Positions 40,374-50,099 of a DNA stretch of 64,000 nt are shown piece after piece. Every line of letters starts with the position of its first letter. Positions within the stretch are counted from its first letter, which is position 1. The stretch covers positions 43,951 to 107,950 of the IMG/VR virus record IMGVR_UViG_3300012663_000526; one strand, written 5' to 3'. The translations under genes were made by a program, and so were the position numbers. Under the pieces are notes generated by a model. That model had not been told where the DNA came from. It searched no databases and saw only the letters and a list, made by a program, of their open reading frames with translations. The stretch is from a virus.

Positions 40374-40837
40374 ACGAAATGCTGCATAAAACGCTGCATG
40401 TAAATCGTAGTAGTGATATTGTGACGGCGTGGTGTTATTCTCAAAAGAGAAGAACTGCCTACTCTTGGTCTGAGACTCAAAAGGGTATGGAAAAAGCCTA
40501 CACAATCACAGAAGTAGCTAACATTCTAAATCGTCACAGAATGACGATAGATAAATATATTCGTGATGGAATAATTAGAACTCCAGAAAGAAGTTATAAG
40601 ATTGACGGTAAGTTTGACTCTTACGGCAAATACTTTTTTTCTGAAAAAGAGGTTCTAGAACTTCACGACTATTGCTCAACGGTCAGTGTAGGGAGGCCAC
40701 GCAAGGATGGATTAGTAAATTCATCTGGTCTCCCTACCAGATCTGAGGTTAGATCAATGCTAAAAGAAACATCAACATTATATATAAAAAATGACTCAGG
40801 GGAATTTATTCCAGTTTGGAAGGAAAACGTATGGTAA
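40319..40837 (+). CDS. Helix-turn-helix (MerR/excisionase-like) DNA-binding protein
   Basis: AYTITEVANILNRHRMTIDKYIRDGII. Confidence 0.75.
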   Translation: MARRKGKTLSKKVRYFFVNEMLHKTLHVNRSSDIVTAWCYSQKRRTAYSWSETQKGMEKAYTITEVANILNRHRMTIDKYIRDGIIRTPERSYKIDGKFDSYGKYFFSEKEVLELHDYCSTVSVGRPRKDGLVNSSGLPTRSEVRSMLKETSTLYIKNDSGEFIPVWKENVW

Positions 40838-41136
40838 GAAAGCGGAAGAAGAAACAGGAATATACACTTCCTCAAACTGAATTCAATATTGCAAAGAACA
40901 GTAGCCTATATTTAAAGAACGCAGCAACTATGTTGTCTAAGGCTGCATCTATTGCTGAGATGTCTAATGATACAGACACACTTCTTCAAATAGCTGGAGC
41001 GTGGCTAGAAATTGGTAAAGAAGATAAGAGATCAAAGAAGCCTAAGAAAAAGCCTCAATTGTCAGTTGGCTTTACACCGCTTATAGAACGTGATATTATT
41101 GAAGAAGAAGAGGATGAGGATTACGACTATGAGTGA
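40831..41136 (+). CDS. Hypothetical protein
   Basis: ATG 40831 after AAGGA; basic N-terminus and acidic C-terminus. Confidence 0.55.
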   Translation: MVRKRKKKQEYTLPQTEFNIAKNSSLYLKNAATMLSKAASIAEMSNDTDTLLQIAGAWLEIGKEDKRSKKPKKKPQLSVGFTPLIERDIIEEEEDEDYDYE

Positions 41137-41332
41137 GAACACAAAAGTAAAAGTAGATTTACAGTACACACGTAACCTTGGCAACTATGAAAGTATCAAG
41201 GTTAGCATTGGTGTAGAAGATTTTTTGCGGTCAGAAGAGAATGTAGATAAAGCTACTGAGCGTGTATACGCATTTGTGGAGGGTAAGCTAATCGAAAAAA
41301 TGCAGGAGATTGAAAAGGAGCTTAAGTCTTAA
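41129..41332 (+). CDS. Conserved phage hypothetical protein
   Basis: MSENTKVKVDLQYTRNLGNYESIKVSIG; start at ATG 41129. Confidence 0.6.
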   Translation: MSENTKVKVDLQYTRNLGNYESIKVSIGVEDFLRSEENVDKATERVYAFVEGKLIEKMQEIEKELKS

Positions 41333-41667
41333 TGGCTAAAGAAGAGGCGAGACAACCATACATCCTCATCTCAATCTATGAGATGCTATATAAGGAAAAA
41401 TATAATCGTGCTCCTAAGATTAATAAGTATCGTGAAAAGTGGGCTATGCAGGATGTTATTGATAGTATAGGTTTTGATCGTGCAAGAGATGTTATAGAGT
41501 ATTACTTTAGGACAAATAGGCCAGGACACCCACTTCAACATTTCTTCTTTAATTTTGACAAGCTTGACCATGTAATGCTAGAATTAGACAAAGACAAGTT
41601 AGCTAGAGAAAAGCTAAGAATGCAAACAAAACAAATGGTAGAAGAAAGAGAATCACTTGAACACTGA
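41332..41667 (+). CDS. Hypothetical protein, possible helicase-loader/initiator partner
   Basis: 111 aa immediately upstream of and overlapping dnaB. Confidence 0.5.
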   Translation: MAKEEARQPYILISIYEMLYKEKYNRAPKINKYREKWAMQDVIDSIGFDRARDVIEYYFRTNRPGHPLQHFFFNFDKLDHVMLELDKDKLAREKLRMQTKQMVEERESLEH

Positions 41668-42916
41668 AGCGGCAGTAATTAGTGCGGTATGTAAGAATAA
41701 GGATATCTCTGTTCTTATGCAGGAGAATGTAGACGATCTTTTCCAATCGCATAAAGATGTTTGGGAAGGCTTAAAGTCCTATTACTCTAAGTTCAAGTCT
41801 GTTCCAGAAGCAGATGTTCTATCAGATAAGTTCAGAGACTTTGATGCAATTGCTACTAATGCGGAGACTGGATACTACTTAGACCAGTTAAAGAACGAAT
41901 TCCTTTCTGGAAAGATTAGAAATCTATTATTAAATACAGGTTCAGCCCTTAAAGAAAATGCTGCTTCTCGTGTAGTTGCTGATATGCAAAAAGAAATATC
42001 AAAGCTTGGTAAGTACACAAACAACGTAAGAGACGTAGACCTAACAGACTATGAGAGTGCACAAAAGCATATCATGGCACTACGTGAGCGCTCAGATGCT
42101 ATGGGAGGCTCTCCAGGTATTGCTACAGGGTTTAAGGCTATGGATATTGCATACCCAACTGGTATGGCTCCTGGACACCTAATCGTGGCTATTGGATGGC
42201 CAGGACGTGGTAAGACATGGCTTACATCTTACCTTGCATGTAAAGCTTGGGAGCAAGGATTTAAGCCAATGATCGTATCCCTTGAAATGTCTCCTGAGAA
42301 TATGCGTGATCGTATTTATACAATGCTAGGTTCAGGACAATTTAGGGCTAGTGATTTTGCTCGTGGAGATGTTAACATTGACGACTTTAGTGCATGGGGT
42401 AAAAAGCGTTTTGCCGATAAGCGTGGATTCATTTTGGTGTCTAATGAGGGAATGGCTGATGTCACTCCAGCAACAGTGCAGGCTAAGATTGACCAGCACA
42501 AACCAGACTTAGTTATCCTTGATTATCACCAGCTATTCACAGATACTAAAAGAAGCAACGGTGCTACAGAGCGTAACATGAATATTTCTCGTGAGTTCAA
42601 AATGCTAGCCGTAAGTAATAATATTCCAGTAATTGATATTACTGCAGCAACTATGGACGATGTATCAGATCAAGATGCACCACCAATGTTGTCTCAGGTC
42701 GCTTGGTCAAAGGCTATCGAATATGATGCGGATATGGCTATTGCTATCCACAAGCATACCGATACAGACCTTATTGAGGTGGTTTCTAGAAAGAATAGAC
42801 ATGGAAAAAACTTCTCATTCTATTTAAATTGGGACATTGACAGGGGTATAATTGAAGAAGTATACCAGAACGGAAGTCAGAATGACCCACAGAAAGATTC
42901 ACCGATTTCAGGTTAA
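41657..42916 (+). CDS. dnaB: Replicative DNA helicase (DnaB family)
   Basis: Walker A GWPGRGKT, SLEMS, Walker B LVILDY, IEYDAD, KNRHG. Confidence 0.93.
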   Translation: MNTEAAVISAVCKNKDISVLMQENVDDLFQSHKDVWEGLKSYYSKFKSVPEADVLSDKFRDFDAIATNAETGYYLDQLKNEFLSGKIRNLLLNTGSALKENAASRVVADMQKEISKLGKYTNNVRDVDLTDYESAQKHIMALRERSDAMGGSPGIATGFKAMDIAYPTGMAPGHLIVAIGWPGRGKTWLTSYLACKAWEQGFKPMIVSLEMSPENMRDRIYTMLGSGQFRASDFARGDVNIDDFSAWGKKRFADKRGFILVSNEGMADVTPATVQAKIDQHKPDLVILDYHQLFTDTKRSNGATERNMNISREFKMLAVSNNIPVIDITAATMDDVSDQDAPPMLSQVAWSKAIEYDADMAIAIHKHTDTDLIEVVSRKNRHGKNFSFYLNWDIDRGIIEEVYQNGSQNDPQKDSPISG

Positions 42917-43211
42917 CGGCATCATACGTGATGACGCAGACTTTATACGACTAAGAAATCAGTACGAGAATTTATTAACTCACCAGATGAGGATAACTGG
43001 ATATGTCAGGGCACTTGACATAAACCCAGCCTTTTCGGTACAATTTAATACTATAGAGCAAAATTACAACTTCGTGTTTACAATGCATGGAGTCTTCGTG
43101 GGAAAGAGAAAAGCGTGGCATTCAGAGGGAATGGTTCAGGGTCAACTGATACACAGATATACGCCCCATTACAAATCAGAGCTGTCCTCAGAGCGATCAA
43201 TGTCGAAATAG
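42882..43211 (+). CDS. Hypothetical protein between helicase and primase
   Basis: ATG 42882; overlaps both neighbours. Confidence 0.55.
   Translation: MTHRKIHRFQVNGIIRDDADFIRLRNQYENLLTHQMRITGYVRALDINPAFSVQFNTIEQNYNFVFTMHGVFVGKRKAWHSEGMVQGQLIHRYTPHYKSELSSERSMSK
43015..43044 (+). promoter_or_regulatory. Internal sigmaA-type promoter upstream of the primase
   Basis: TTGACA-18-TACAAT inside the preceding ORF. Confidence 0.45.
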
Positions 43212-44116
43212 TTTCACAAACTGGCAATGACTTTCTATGCCTTTGCCCATTTCACGGAAATAGAAATACTCCAAGTTTTAGCGTAAGCAAAGAGCGTGGT
43301 GCATTTATCTGTTTTAATCCATCATGCGGAGAAGCAGGAAGCATTATTGAGTTAGTAAAAAAAATGACAGATAGAAATGACTTTGAATCTATTAGGCTTA
43401 TTGCTTCTAAGGAAGAAGAGATTGTAGAAGATTTTGAAGAAAGACTTTCTGACATGTTGGTAGACTCAGAAGATCTAAAAGAGTTTGATATGGCTATTAT
43501 TACCAAGCTATCTTCTGAAATGTCAGGCAGTAACGCTGGAAGAGATTACATGCATATACGTGGATTCAATGATCAGACAATATTGGATTTTGATATTGGA
43601 TTCTCTTCAAACCAACAGATGGTCACAGTTCCAGTTCACAGTGCAGACGGAAAGTGTATTGGAATTGTAGGAAGACACATAACAGAAAAAAGATTTAAGA
43701 ATTCACCAGGCTTGCCAAAGAGCAAAACTGTATTCAATATACATAGAGCTAAGAAGGTAAGTCCAGTGGCTATAGTTACAGAGGCATCTTTTGATGCTAT
43801 GAGATTACATCAGGCTGGCTTTCCAAATGGAGTTGCTACTCTTGGTGGACACATCTCTAATGATAGTATTAACCTTTTAAATAAATATTTTACTAAGGTT
43901 ATTATTATGACAGACAATGACCAAGCAGGCAGAGAGCTTGGATTGGCAATTGTAAAGAAGCTAAAGGGCAAAGAAGTCCTATGGGCAGTTTACGATCAAA
44001 GTACAATATATCCGCATGGAGCAAAAGATGTTGGCGATATGACTGATGAGGAAATTAAACATTGTGTAAACAATGCTATACCCCATTACGAGTACTCCAA
44101 TAATATGATACAATAG
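43115..44116 (+). CDS. dnaG: DNA primase (CHC2 zinc finger plus TOPRIM)
   Basis: CPFH..TPSFSV..C..C; TOPRIM VTEASFD and MTDNDQAG. Confidence 0.92.
   Translation: MAFRGNGSGSTDTQIYAPLQIRAVLRAINVEIVSQTGNDFLCLCPFHGNRNTPSFSVSKERGAFICFNPSCGEAGSIIELVKKMTDRNDFESIRLIASKEEEIVEDFEERLSDMLVDSEDLKEFDMAIITKLSSEMSGSNAGRDYMHIRGFNDQTILDFDIGFSSNQQMVTVPVHSADGKCIGIVGRHITEKRFKNSPGLPKSKTVFNIHRAKKVSPVAIVTEASFDAMRLHQAGFPNGVATLGGHISNDSINLLNKYFTKVIIMTDNDQAGRELGLAIVKKLKGKEVLWAVYDQSTIYPHGAKDVGDMTDEEIKHCVNNAIPHYEYSNNMIQ
44106..44114 (+). promoter_or_regulatory. Extended -10 promoter for the SSB gene
   Basis: TGATACAAT at the end of the primase gene. Confidence 0.5.
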
Positions 44117-44123
44117 AAGTAAC

Positions 44124-44149
44124 GGGGCATTTATAGCCTCAACTATAAA
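44124..44149 (+). promoter_or_regulatory. Candidate H-type RNA pseudoknot in the SSB leader
   Basis: S1 GGGGC/GCCTC, loop 1 = A, S2 TTTATA/TATAAA; abuts the SD AGGAG. Confidence 0.45.
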
Positions 44150-44164
44150 AGGAGAATATATAAA

Positions 44165-44842
44165 ATGAGTATCGTTCGTGGTCTTAAGAATATGAATAAG
44201 ACATTAGATAAACCAACTTATAACAGCGGTGAAAGCTCAAAGGCTCGCTGGCTTAAGCTTGAAGATGGAGAGAGCATTAAGATTCGCTTTCTACAAGAGT
44301 TAGATCCTGACTCACCAACATATGACGAAAAGATGGGCCTAGGTTTTATTGCACTAGAGCATACCAATCCAAAAGATTATCGTCGCAAGGCACTAGACAC
44401 AATGGAATCAGACGGCAGAGACTGGGCTAATGAACAGCACCGTAAGGACCCTAAAGCAGGCTGGAAGGCTCGTAGCCGCCTTTATATCAATGTCCTAGTA
44501 GATGACGGCAAGGAAGAGCCATACGTGGCTATCCTGTCTCAAGGAACAAGCGCAAAGACAATCACTCCAACTCTTATCGAGTATGCTGGAGAAATGGGAA
44601 GTATCTCGAATTGCACATGGCGTATTAAGCGCACAGGAACAAAGACAGATACAAGTTACACAATCATTCCACTTGCTAAGGATGAAACACCATTTGATGC
44701 ATCAGGATTAGAATTAATTGATCTTGAAAAAAGCGCAGTCAGATATGTACCTTATGCAGAGCAAGAAGCTTTCTACCTATATGGTGATGGCGGAGCTGCA
44801 GAAGAATCAACAGAGACAACAACCTCTAACCTAGAGTGGTAA
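44165..44842 (+). CDS. Single-stranded DNA-binding protein (T4 gp32-like)
   Basis: WLKLEDGESIKIRFL, RLYINVLV, WRIKRTGTKTDTSYTI; acidic C-terminal tail ending in W; sits between primase and polymerase. Confidence 0.75.
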   Translation: MSIVRGLKNMNKTLDKPTYNSGESSKARWLKLEDGESIKIRFLQELDPDSPTYDEKMGLGFIALEHTNPKDYRRKALDTMESDGRDWANEQHRKDPKAGWKARSRLYINVLVDDGKEEPYVAILSQGTSAKTITPTLIEYAGEMGSISNCTWRIKRTGTKTDTSYTIIPLAKDETPFDASGLELIDLEKSAVRYVPYAEQEAFYLYGDGGAAEESTETTTSNLEW

Positions 44843-44852
44843 AAAATTAATC

Positions 44853-44878
44853 TATAGGGGGGCGAAAGCCCCCCTATA
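44853..44878 (+). terminator. Strong hairpin after ssb (terminator/attenuator, no U-tract)
   Basis: TATAGGGGGGC-GAAA-GCCCCCCTATA. Confidence 0.7.
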
Positions 44879-44892
44879 AGTAATGGAGAATA

Positions 44893-47800
44893 ATGAAAGA
44901 CTTTACACACCTTCACGTTCATAGCTATTATAGCCTTATGGATGGGTTGAATTCGCCTGCAGAATTAATGCAGGCAGCAAAAGATCTTGGACATACATCT
45001 ATTGCCATTACTGACCACGGAACTTTATCTTCTCACAGAGAAATGCAAATTGCGGCGGAAGAACAAGGATTAAAACCTATCCTAGGTTTAGAAGCATACA
45101 TATCGCCTACAGACAGGTTTGATAAGTCGTCTAAGACAGATAAGAGTGTTCAGGCTTATAACCACATCATCTTGCTAGCAAAAGATGAAAATGGATTAAA
45201 GAATTTAAATAGGCTTTCAGAGATTGCGTGGACTGAAGGATATTATCATAAGCCTAGAATTGACAGAGAAATTTTGGCTGAATATAAAGAAGGAATCATT
45301 GCACTGTCTGGATGCATGAATGGTCTTATCTCAAAAGCAATTATTCGTGAAGAGTATGACGAAGCAAAGGCACTTGCTAAATGGTTTAAAGATACATTTG
45401 GTAATGACTTTTATATGGAAGTACAGCCGCATAACCCACAAGATCTTAATAAAAAGCTGCTAGAGCTTGCAGATGCTTATGGCATTAAGCCTATTGCAAC
45501 AGCAGACTGTCACTATGCTAAGGCAGAAGATCGTGCAACAGAAGAGGCTATGCTTATTCTTTCAACATCACCAAAGATTAATAAAGATGCAGACTTTGAG
45601 GCATCACGAAAGATGACAAACATTTTTGAAAGACTAAATTACCTATACCCAGAAAGAAAAATATCTTTCCAGGATATCAATGTGTATGTTTCTTCAAGAG
45701 AAGAGATGCAAAAAGATTTTGTTGAGCAGGGGTTTACTAGAACTGATATCTATGACAACACTTTAGAGGTTTCAGATAAGATTGGCTCATATGAATTTAG
45801 AAGAGGCTTAGACTTACTCCCAGTACCAAAGACAAATGCTGACAACAAGCTAAAAGAGTTGGCATTAAATAGTCTTAAGGAGAAGGGACTAAATAAAGAG
45901 TCTCACGGAAATGATGAGTATGAGCTTAGACTAGATGAAGAATTACAAATCATCAAGGATAAAAGTTTTGCTTCGTACTTCTTGGTTGTTGCCGATATGA
46001 TTAACTTTGCAAAGAACAAAGATATCATGGTTGGTCCAGGACGTGGATCTGCTGCTGGCTCATTAGTCTGCTACTTACTTGGCATTACTACTGTAGATCC
46101 AGTAAAATTTGATTTGTTGTTCTTCCGTTTTATCAATCCAGAGCGTAATGACTTTCCTGATATTGATACAGACTTTGAGGATCGACGTAGAAAAGAAGTT
46201 AAAGAGTATTTGAGAAAGAAGTTTAAGCACGTAGCTTCTATCTCAACGTTTACATATTTCAAGGATAAAGGAGTCGTAAGAGATGCTGCTCGTGTATTTG
46301 GAGTACCACTATCTGAAGTTAATAAAGCGCTTAAGCAAGTTGACACGTTCGAAGAGTTCGAAACAAGCCCAAACGCATTCTGGTTCAGAGAAAGATATCC
46401 AGAAGTAACTGAACTAGCAAGAAGTCTTCGTGGCAAGATACGAAGTGTTGGTATGCATGCTGCTGGAATGGTAGTTGCAAAAGACGAACTTGTAAAGTTT
46501 GCACCAATTGAAACTAGATCTGATAAGGATGATGACGTCAGCGGACGAATCCCTGTTGTCGCATACGATATGGATACTGTTGCAGACATTGGTCTTATTA
46601 AGATCGACGCACTTGGATTAAAAACATTATCAGTTATATCTGACACACTAAAGATGATTAGTGACAGGCATGGAAAGCATATTGATTTAGAGTCACTAGA
46701 CCTAACTGATCCAAAAATATTTGAAGATCTATCAAAAGGATTTACAAAAGGTATCTTCCAGGCAGAAGCAACACCATACACAAACCTTCTAATAAAGATG
46801 GGTGTTAGTACCTTTGAAGACTTGGCTGCCTCAAATGCTTTGGTTCGTCCAGGAGCAATGAATACTGTAGGTCATGCATACATAGCCCGTAAAAAGGGAC
46901 AGGAAGATATTGTTTATCAGCACGAAATAATGAGACAGTTTACGGAGAGAACTTATGGCGTTATTATTTACCAGGAACAAGTTATGCAAGCATGCGTACA
47001 CCTTGGCGGTATGTCCATGTCGGAAGCAGATAAAGTTAGAAAGATCATTGGAAAGAAAAAAGATGCTAAAGAGTTTGATGAGTTTAAGGAAAGATTCGTT
47101 GAAGGCGCTTCAAAGCATATTCCAGTCAAAACTGCTGAAGAGCTTTGGCATGACTTCGAAGCACACTCTGGATATTCCTTTAATCGCTCTCATGCTATTG
47201 CTTACTCTCTTCTTAGTTATTGGACTGCTTGGTTAAAGCACTACTATCCTACAGAGTTTATGTTTGCAATTCTTAGAAACGAGCATGACAAAGATGCACG
47301 TACTGAGTACCTTATTGAGGCAAAGAGACTTGGAATCAAGATTCTACTTCCTCACGTAAATGAATCAGATTTAGATTTTAAGATTCAAAAAGATGCAATT
47401 AGATTTGGTCTTTCAAATATTAAGTTTATATCTGATAATATTGGTAAGAAGTTGATGGAAGCTGGTCCATTTAAATCCTATAAAGATTTAGAAGATAAAG
47501 CTTCTGTTAAAGGTAGTGGAATTAACTCCAGAGCTTTAGCAGCACTAAACTCAATTGGAGCAGCAGCTTTTGAAGATAATCCACGAACTGGTAAAGAGTC
47601 AGAGAACCTATATGAGTATCTAAGTATTCCAAAGTTTGATCTTGGAAGAGTGTCTCCACACATTAAGGCACAGGTCACAGCACTTGAAGACTTCGAAGAG
47701 CGTGGAACATTCGTTATGCTTGCTATGGTTAAGGGAATCAAGAAGGGCAACGGATGGTCCAGAATCGAAATGGTAGACGAGACTGGAACTATTGGAGTAT

Positions 47801-48177
47801 TCCATACGGAGCAAACACAAATTGAAGTCGGCAACATGTACTTCTTCTTGGTCGGAGACAATAGAATCCATAGATATGTTACAATAGATGATGTAGCAAA
47901 TAGGGTTAATGATACATTCGTAACATTCCTACACTCAGAAAGTTTAAATATACCAGATGCAATGAAGATGAGCGTAAGCCTTCTCCCATACAGAACAAAG
48001 CAGGGGAAGTCTATGGGCCATTTAATTATGTCTAATAGTTCTAAGGAACTTACTCGTGCAATTGTGTTTCCACAATCATACGAAAAATTAAAATCAAGAA
48101 TCAAAGATGGAATGATATACATTCCAGAGATTGGCCAAACAGATGATGGCACTTATTCGCTAAGGAGCGTAAAATGA
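44893..48177 (+). CDS. dnaE: DNA polymerase III alpha subunit (family C)
   Basis: PHP domain HLHVHSYYSLMDG, TDHG, ADCHY; GPGRGSAAGS; catalytic PDIDTDF; HAAG; KIDALGL; YQEQVM; FNRSH. Confidence 0.96.
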   Translation: MKDFTHLHVHSYYSLMDGLNSPAELMQAAKDLGHTSIAITDHGTLSSHREMQIAAEEQGLKPILGLEAYISPTDRFDKSSKTDKSVQAYNHIILLAKDENGLKNLNRLSEIAWTEGYYHKPRIDREILAEYKEGIIALSGCMNGLISKAIIREEYDEAKALAKWFKDTFGNDFYMEVQPHNPQDLNKKLLELADAYGIKPIATADCHYAKAEDRATEEAMLILSTSPKINKDADFEASRKMTNIFERLNYLYPERKISFQDINVYVSSREEMQKDFVEQGFTRTDIYDNTLEVSDKIGSYEFRRGLDLLPVPKTNADNKLKELALNSLKEKGLNKESHGNDEYELRLDEELQIIKDKSFASYFLVVADMINFAKNKDIMVGPGRGSAAGSLVCYLLGITTVDPVKFDLLFFRFINPERNDFPDIDTDFEDRRRKEVKEYLRKKFKHVASISTFTYFKDKGVVRDAARVFGVPLSEVNKALKQVDTFEEFETSPNAFWFRERYPEVTELARSLRGKIRSVGMHAAGMVVAKDELVKFAPIETRSDKDDDVSGRIPVVAYDMDTVADIGLIKIDALGLKTLSVISDTLKMISDRHGKHIDLESLDLTDPKIFEDLSKGFTKGIFQAEATPYTNLLIKMGVSTFEDLAASNALVRPGAMNTVGHAYIARKKGQEDIVYQHEIMRQFTERTYGVIIYQEQVMQACVHLGGMSMSEADKVRKIIGKKKDAKEFDEFKERFVEGASKHIPVKTAEELWHDFEAHSGYSFNRSHAIAYSLLSYWTAWLKHYYPTEFMFAILRNEHDKDARTEYLIEAKRLGIKILLPHVNESDLDFKIQKDAIRFGLSNIKFISDNIGKKLMEAGPFKSYKDLEDKASVKGSGINSRALAALNSIGAAAFEDNPRTGKESENLYEYLSIPKFDLGRVSPHIKAQVTALEDFEERGTFVMLAMVKGIKKGNGWSRIEMVDETGTIGVFHTEQTQIEVGNMYFFLVGDNRIHRYVTIDDVANRVNDTFVTFLHSESLNIPDAMKMSVSLLPYRTKQGKSMGHLIMSNSSKELTRAIVFPQSYEKLKSRIKDGMIYIPEIGQTDDGTYSLRSVK

Positions 48178-48422
48178 ACGAAGATATGCAAGAAGTTAAT
48201 CAAGATGGACCAGTAGCACCTTTTGAAGGTAAGCTAGATATTAGCCATGTTGTTTCAGTTATTATGGATCACATTGGTGGAGTTGTAAGAATTCCAGCAG
48301 ATAAGTTTACTAGTTCTATGACTGTAGATAGAAAGTTAATCCTAGAGTACGACAACGAAGCACGTGACTTTATTATTACAATTGAGCAGGGCTTAGTTAA
48401 TCAGGTGGCTGAAGTTGAGTAA
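48174..48422 (+). CDS. Hypothetical protein
   Basis: 82 aa; SD AAGGAG; coupled to dnaE. Confidence 0.6.
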   Translation: MNEDMQEVNQDGPVAPFEGKLDISHVVSVIMDHIGGVVRIPADKFTSSMTVDRKLILEYDNEARDFIITIEQGLVNQVAEVE

Positions 48423-48756
48423 TCTAGTAACAGACTACGGTCTAGACGCCTTTGCAGCAACCCTACACGAGACTGCAATTGAAAAGGGATTCTGGGATGG
48501 AGAAATTTCATACGACAAGCTTGGCAATAAACTGGCTTTAGTTCATTCAGAAGTAACCGAAGTTCTAGAAGCTTTACGAAAGTCAAAGGGTAGCGAAGAA
48601 GTGGTGGAAGAAATCTCTGATGTTATTATCAGACTTTTAGATGTCTATGCAGCAATGAGAAATGCTGGAATAGTAGATCACTCCCTTGACGAAATCTTAC
48701 ACAAAAAGATTGATAAAAATTTATCTAGACCAAAGCTTCATGGGAATCTTTTCTAG
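48415..48756 (+). CDS. MazG-like NTP pyrophosphohydrolase
   Basis: KLALVHSEVTEVLEA...EEISDVIIRLLD...K..KN..RP..HG. Confidence 0.85.
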   Translation: MSNLVTDYGLDAFAATLHETAIEKGFWDGEISYDKLGNKLALVHSEVTEVLEALRKSKGSEEVVEEISDVIIRLLDVYAAMRNAGIVDHSLDEILHKKIDKNLSRPKLHGNLF

Positions 48757-49041
48757 ATGACACTCGGCGGTTACTTCCTATATGGTAGCGAGGGAGAACT
48801 ACTGCTAGTTATTAAAAGCAACAATGAAGATCTTTTATTAACTATTATTAAAAAGCTACAAGCTTCAAGAGATAAAGATATTAAAAAACTAGGATCAGAA
48901 TTAGAGGAAAATTTTCATGACAGAGATATCAGAAATTCTAGCAAAGCTAGACCCCAAAACAAGACAAAGAGTTCAAGCCGCAGTAGAAGTGGAAACACTA
49001 AAACAAAAGACACCAAGCATAGGTCTAAACCTAGCACTTAA
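48757..49041 (+). CDS. Hypothetical protein whose 3' part overlaps recA
   Basis: Fills the gap between the MazG-like gene and recA; the basic tail is read in another frame of recA. Confidence 0.45.
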   Translation: MTLGGYFLYGSEGELLLVIKSNNEDLLLTIIKKLQASRDKDIKKLGSELEENFHDRDIRNSSKARPQNKTKSSSRSRSGNTKTKDTKHRSKPST

Positions 49042-49918
49042 GGGTGGCTTTGGGCATGGAAGACAAATTTTAGTATGGGGAAATAAGTCTGCTGGAAAAT
49101 CTTCTTTCTGCTTACAAATGATTGCAGAGGCACAAAAAGAAGGAAAGACCTGTGCATGGATTGATGCGGAACATTCCTATTCTCAAGAGTGGGCTGAGAA
49201 GTTAGGAGTTAACTCAGATGAGCTAATTTATTCCCCAGCAAAAACAATAAACGATATGGTTGACGTAGCACAACAATTGATGGAAGCTGGTGTTGATATT
49301 ATTGTAGTGGATTCTATCTCAGCACTACTACCAGCAATCTATTTTGAAAAAGATAGTACCGATTTAAAGAAACTAGAAGACACCAAGCAAATTGGTGCGG
49401 AAGCAAAGGACATGACACATGCAGTCAAAATGCTTAACTACGCAAACAAGAACACACTACTTGTACTCATTTCGCAACAACGAAATCAATTTGGATCTAT
49501 GCATGCTAGCCACATCCCAACGGGAGGAATGGCAGTTAAGTTTTTCTCATCCACAGTTATCAAGCTTTGGTCTTCGGAGGCTGAAGCTAACTCTATCAAA
49601 TCTGGCATTACGGTTGGTGACAAGATTATTGAGCAGAGAGTTGGAAGACCCGTTAACTGGATTGTTGATTACAACAAACTCGGCCCCCCTAATCTATCGG
49701 GGCAATACGACTTCTATTATCAAGGAGACCACGTAGGAATTGATGAAGTAGGAGAAGTACTTGATGTTGCTGAACAGCACGGAGCTGTTGAAAAAGGCGG
49801 AGCATGGTATACTATAGGTAAAGAAAGATTTCAGGGTAGAGCAAAAACTGTTCAATATCTTAGAGAAAATCCTGACGTAGTAGAAAGCCTGAAGGCAAAA
49901 ATATATGGGCAAGATTGA
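48917..49918 (+). CDS. recA: RecA/UvsX-like recombinase
   Basis: Walker A GNKSAGKS, WIDAEH, IVVDSI, TGGMAVKFFSS, KGGAWY, QGR. Confidence 0.93.
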   Translation: MTEISEILAKLDPKTRQRVQAAVEVETLKQKTPSIGLNLALKGGFGHGRQILVWGNKSAGKSSFCLQMIAEAQKEGKTCAWIDAEHSYSQEWAEKLGVNSDELIYSPAKTINDMVDVAQQLMEAGVDIIVVDSISALLPAIYFEKDSTDLKKLEDTKQIGAEAKDMTHAVKMLNYANKNTLLVLISQQRNQFGSMHASHIPTGGMAVKFFSSTVIKLWSSEAEANSIKSGITVGDKIIEQRVGRPVNWIVDYNKLGPPNLSGQYDFYYQGDHVGIDEVGEVLDVAEQHGAVEKGGAWYTIGKERFQGRAKTVQYLRENPDVVESLKAKIYGQD

Positions 49919-50099
49919 AGATCTAATAGGCAAACAGCCTAAGAAGACTGTCATATCAGAAGACAAAATAGAAATGGGTGGTGCATTTAGTTGCCAAACC
50001 TGTAACAAAGTTGTTTCCGAAGCAGAATATAATCGTGCAGAGTACTTTGTATTTTGGACTTGTCCAGATGGGCATATGTCAAGGGTAAATTTAGCATAA
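49905..50099 (+). CDS. Small zinc-ribbon protein
   Basis: CQTC...CPDGH. Confidence 0.6.
   Translation: MGKIEDLIGKQPKKTVISEDKIEMGGAFSCQTCNKVVSEAEYNRAEYFVFWTCPDGHMSRVNLA

Noticed and set aside
46071-48152. Long antisense ORFs inside dnaE (236 aa and 224 aa) and the many other minus-strand ORFs
   Set aside because: They lie wholly opposite well-supported genes, have no recognisable motifs or SDs, and are expected shadows of codon bias.
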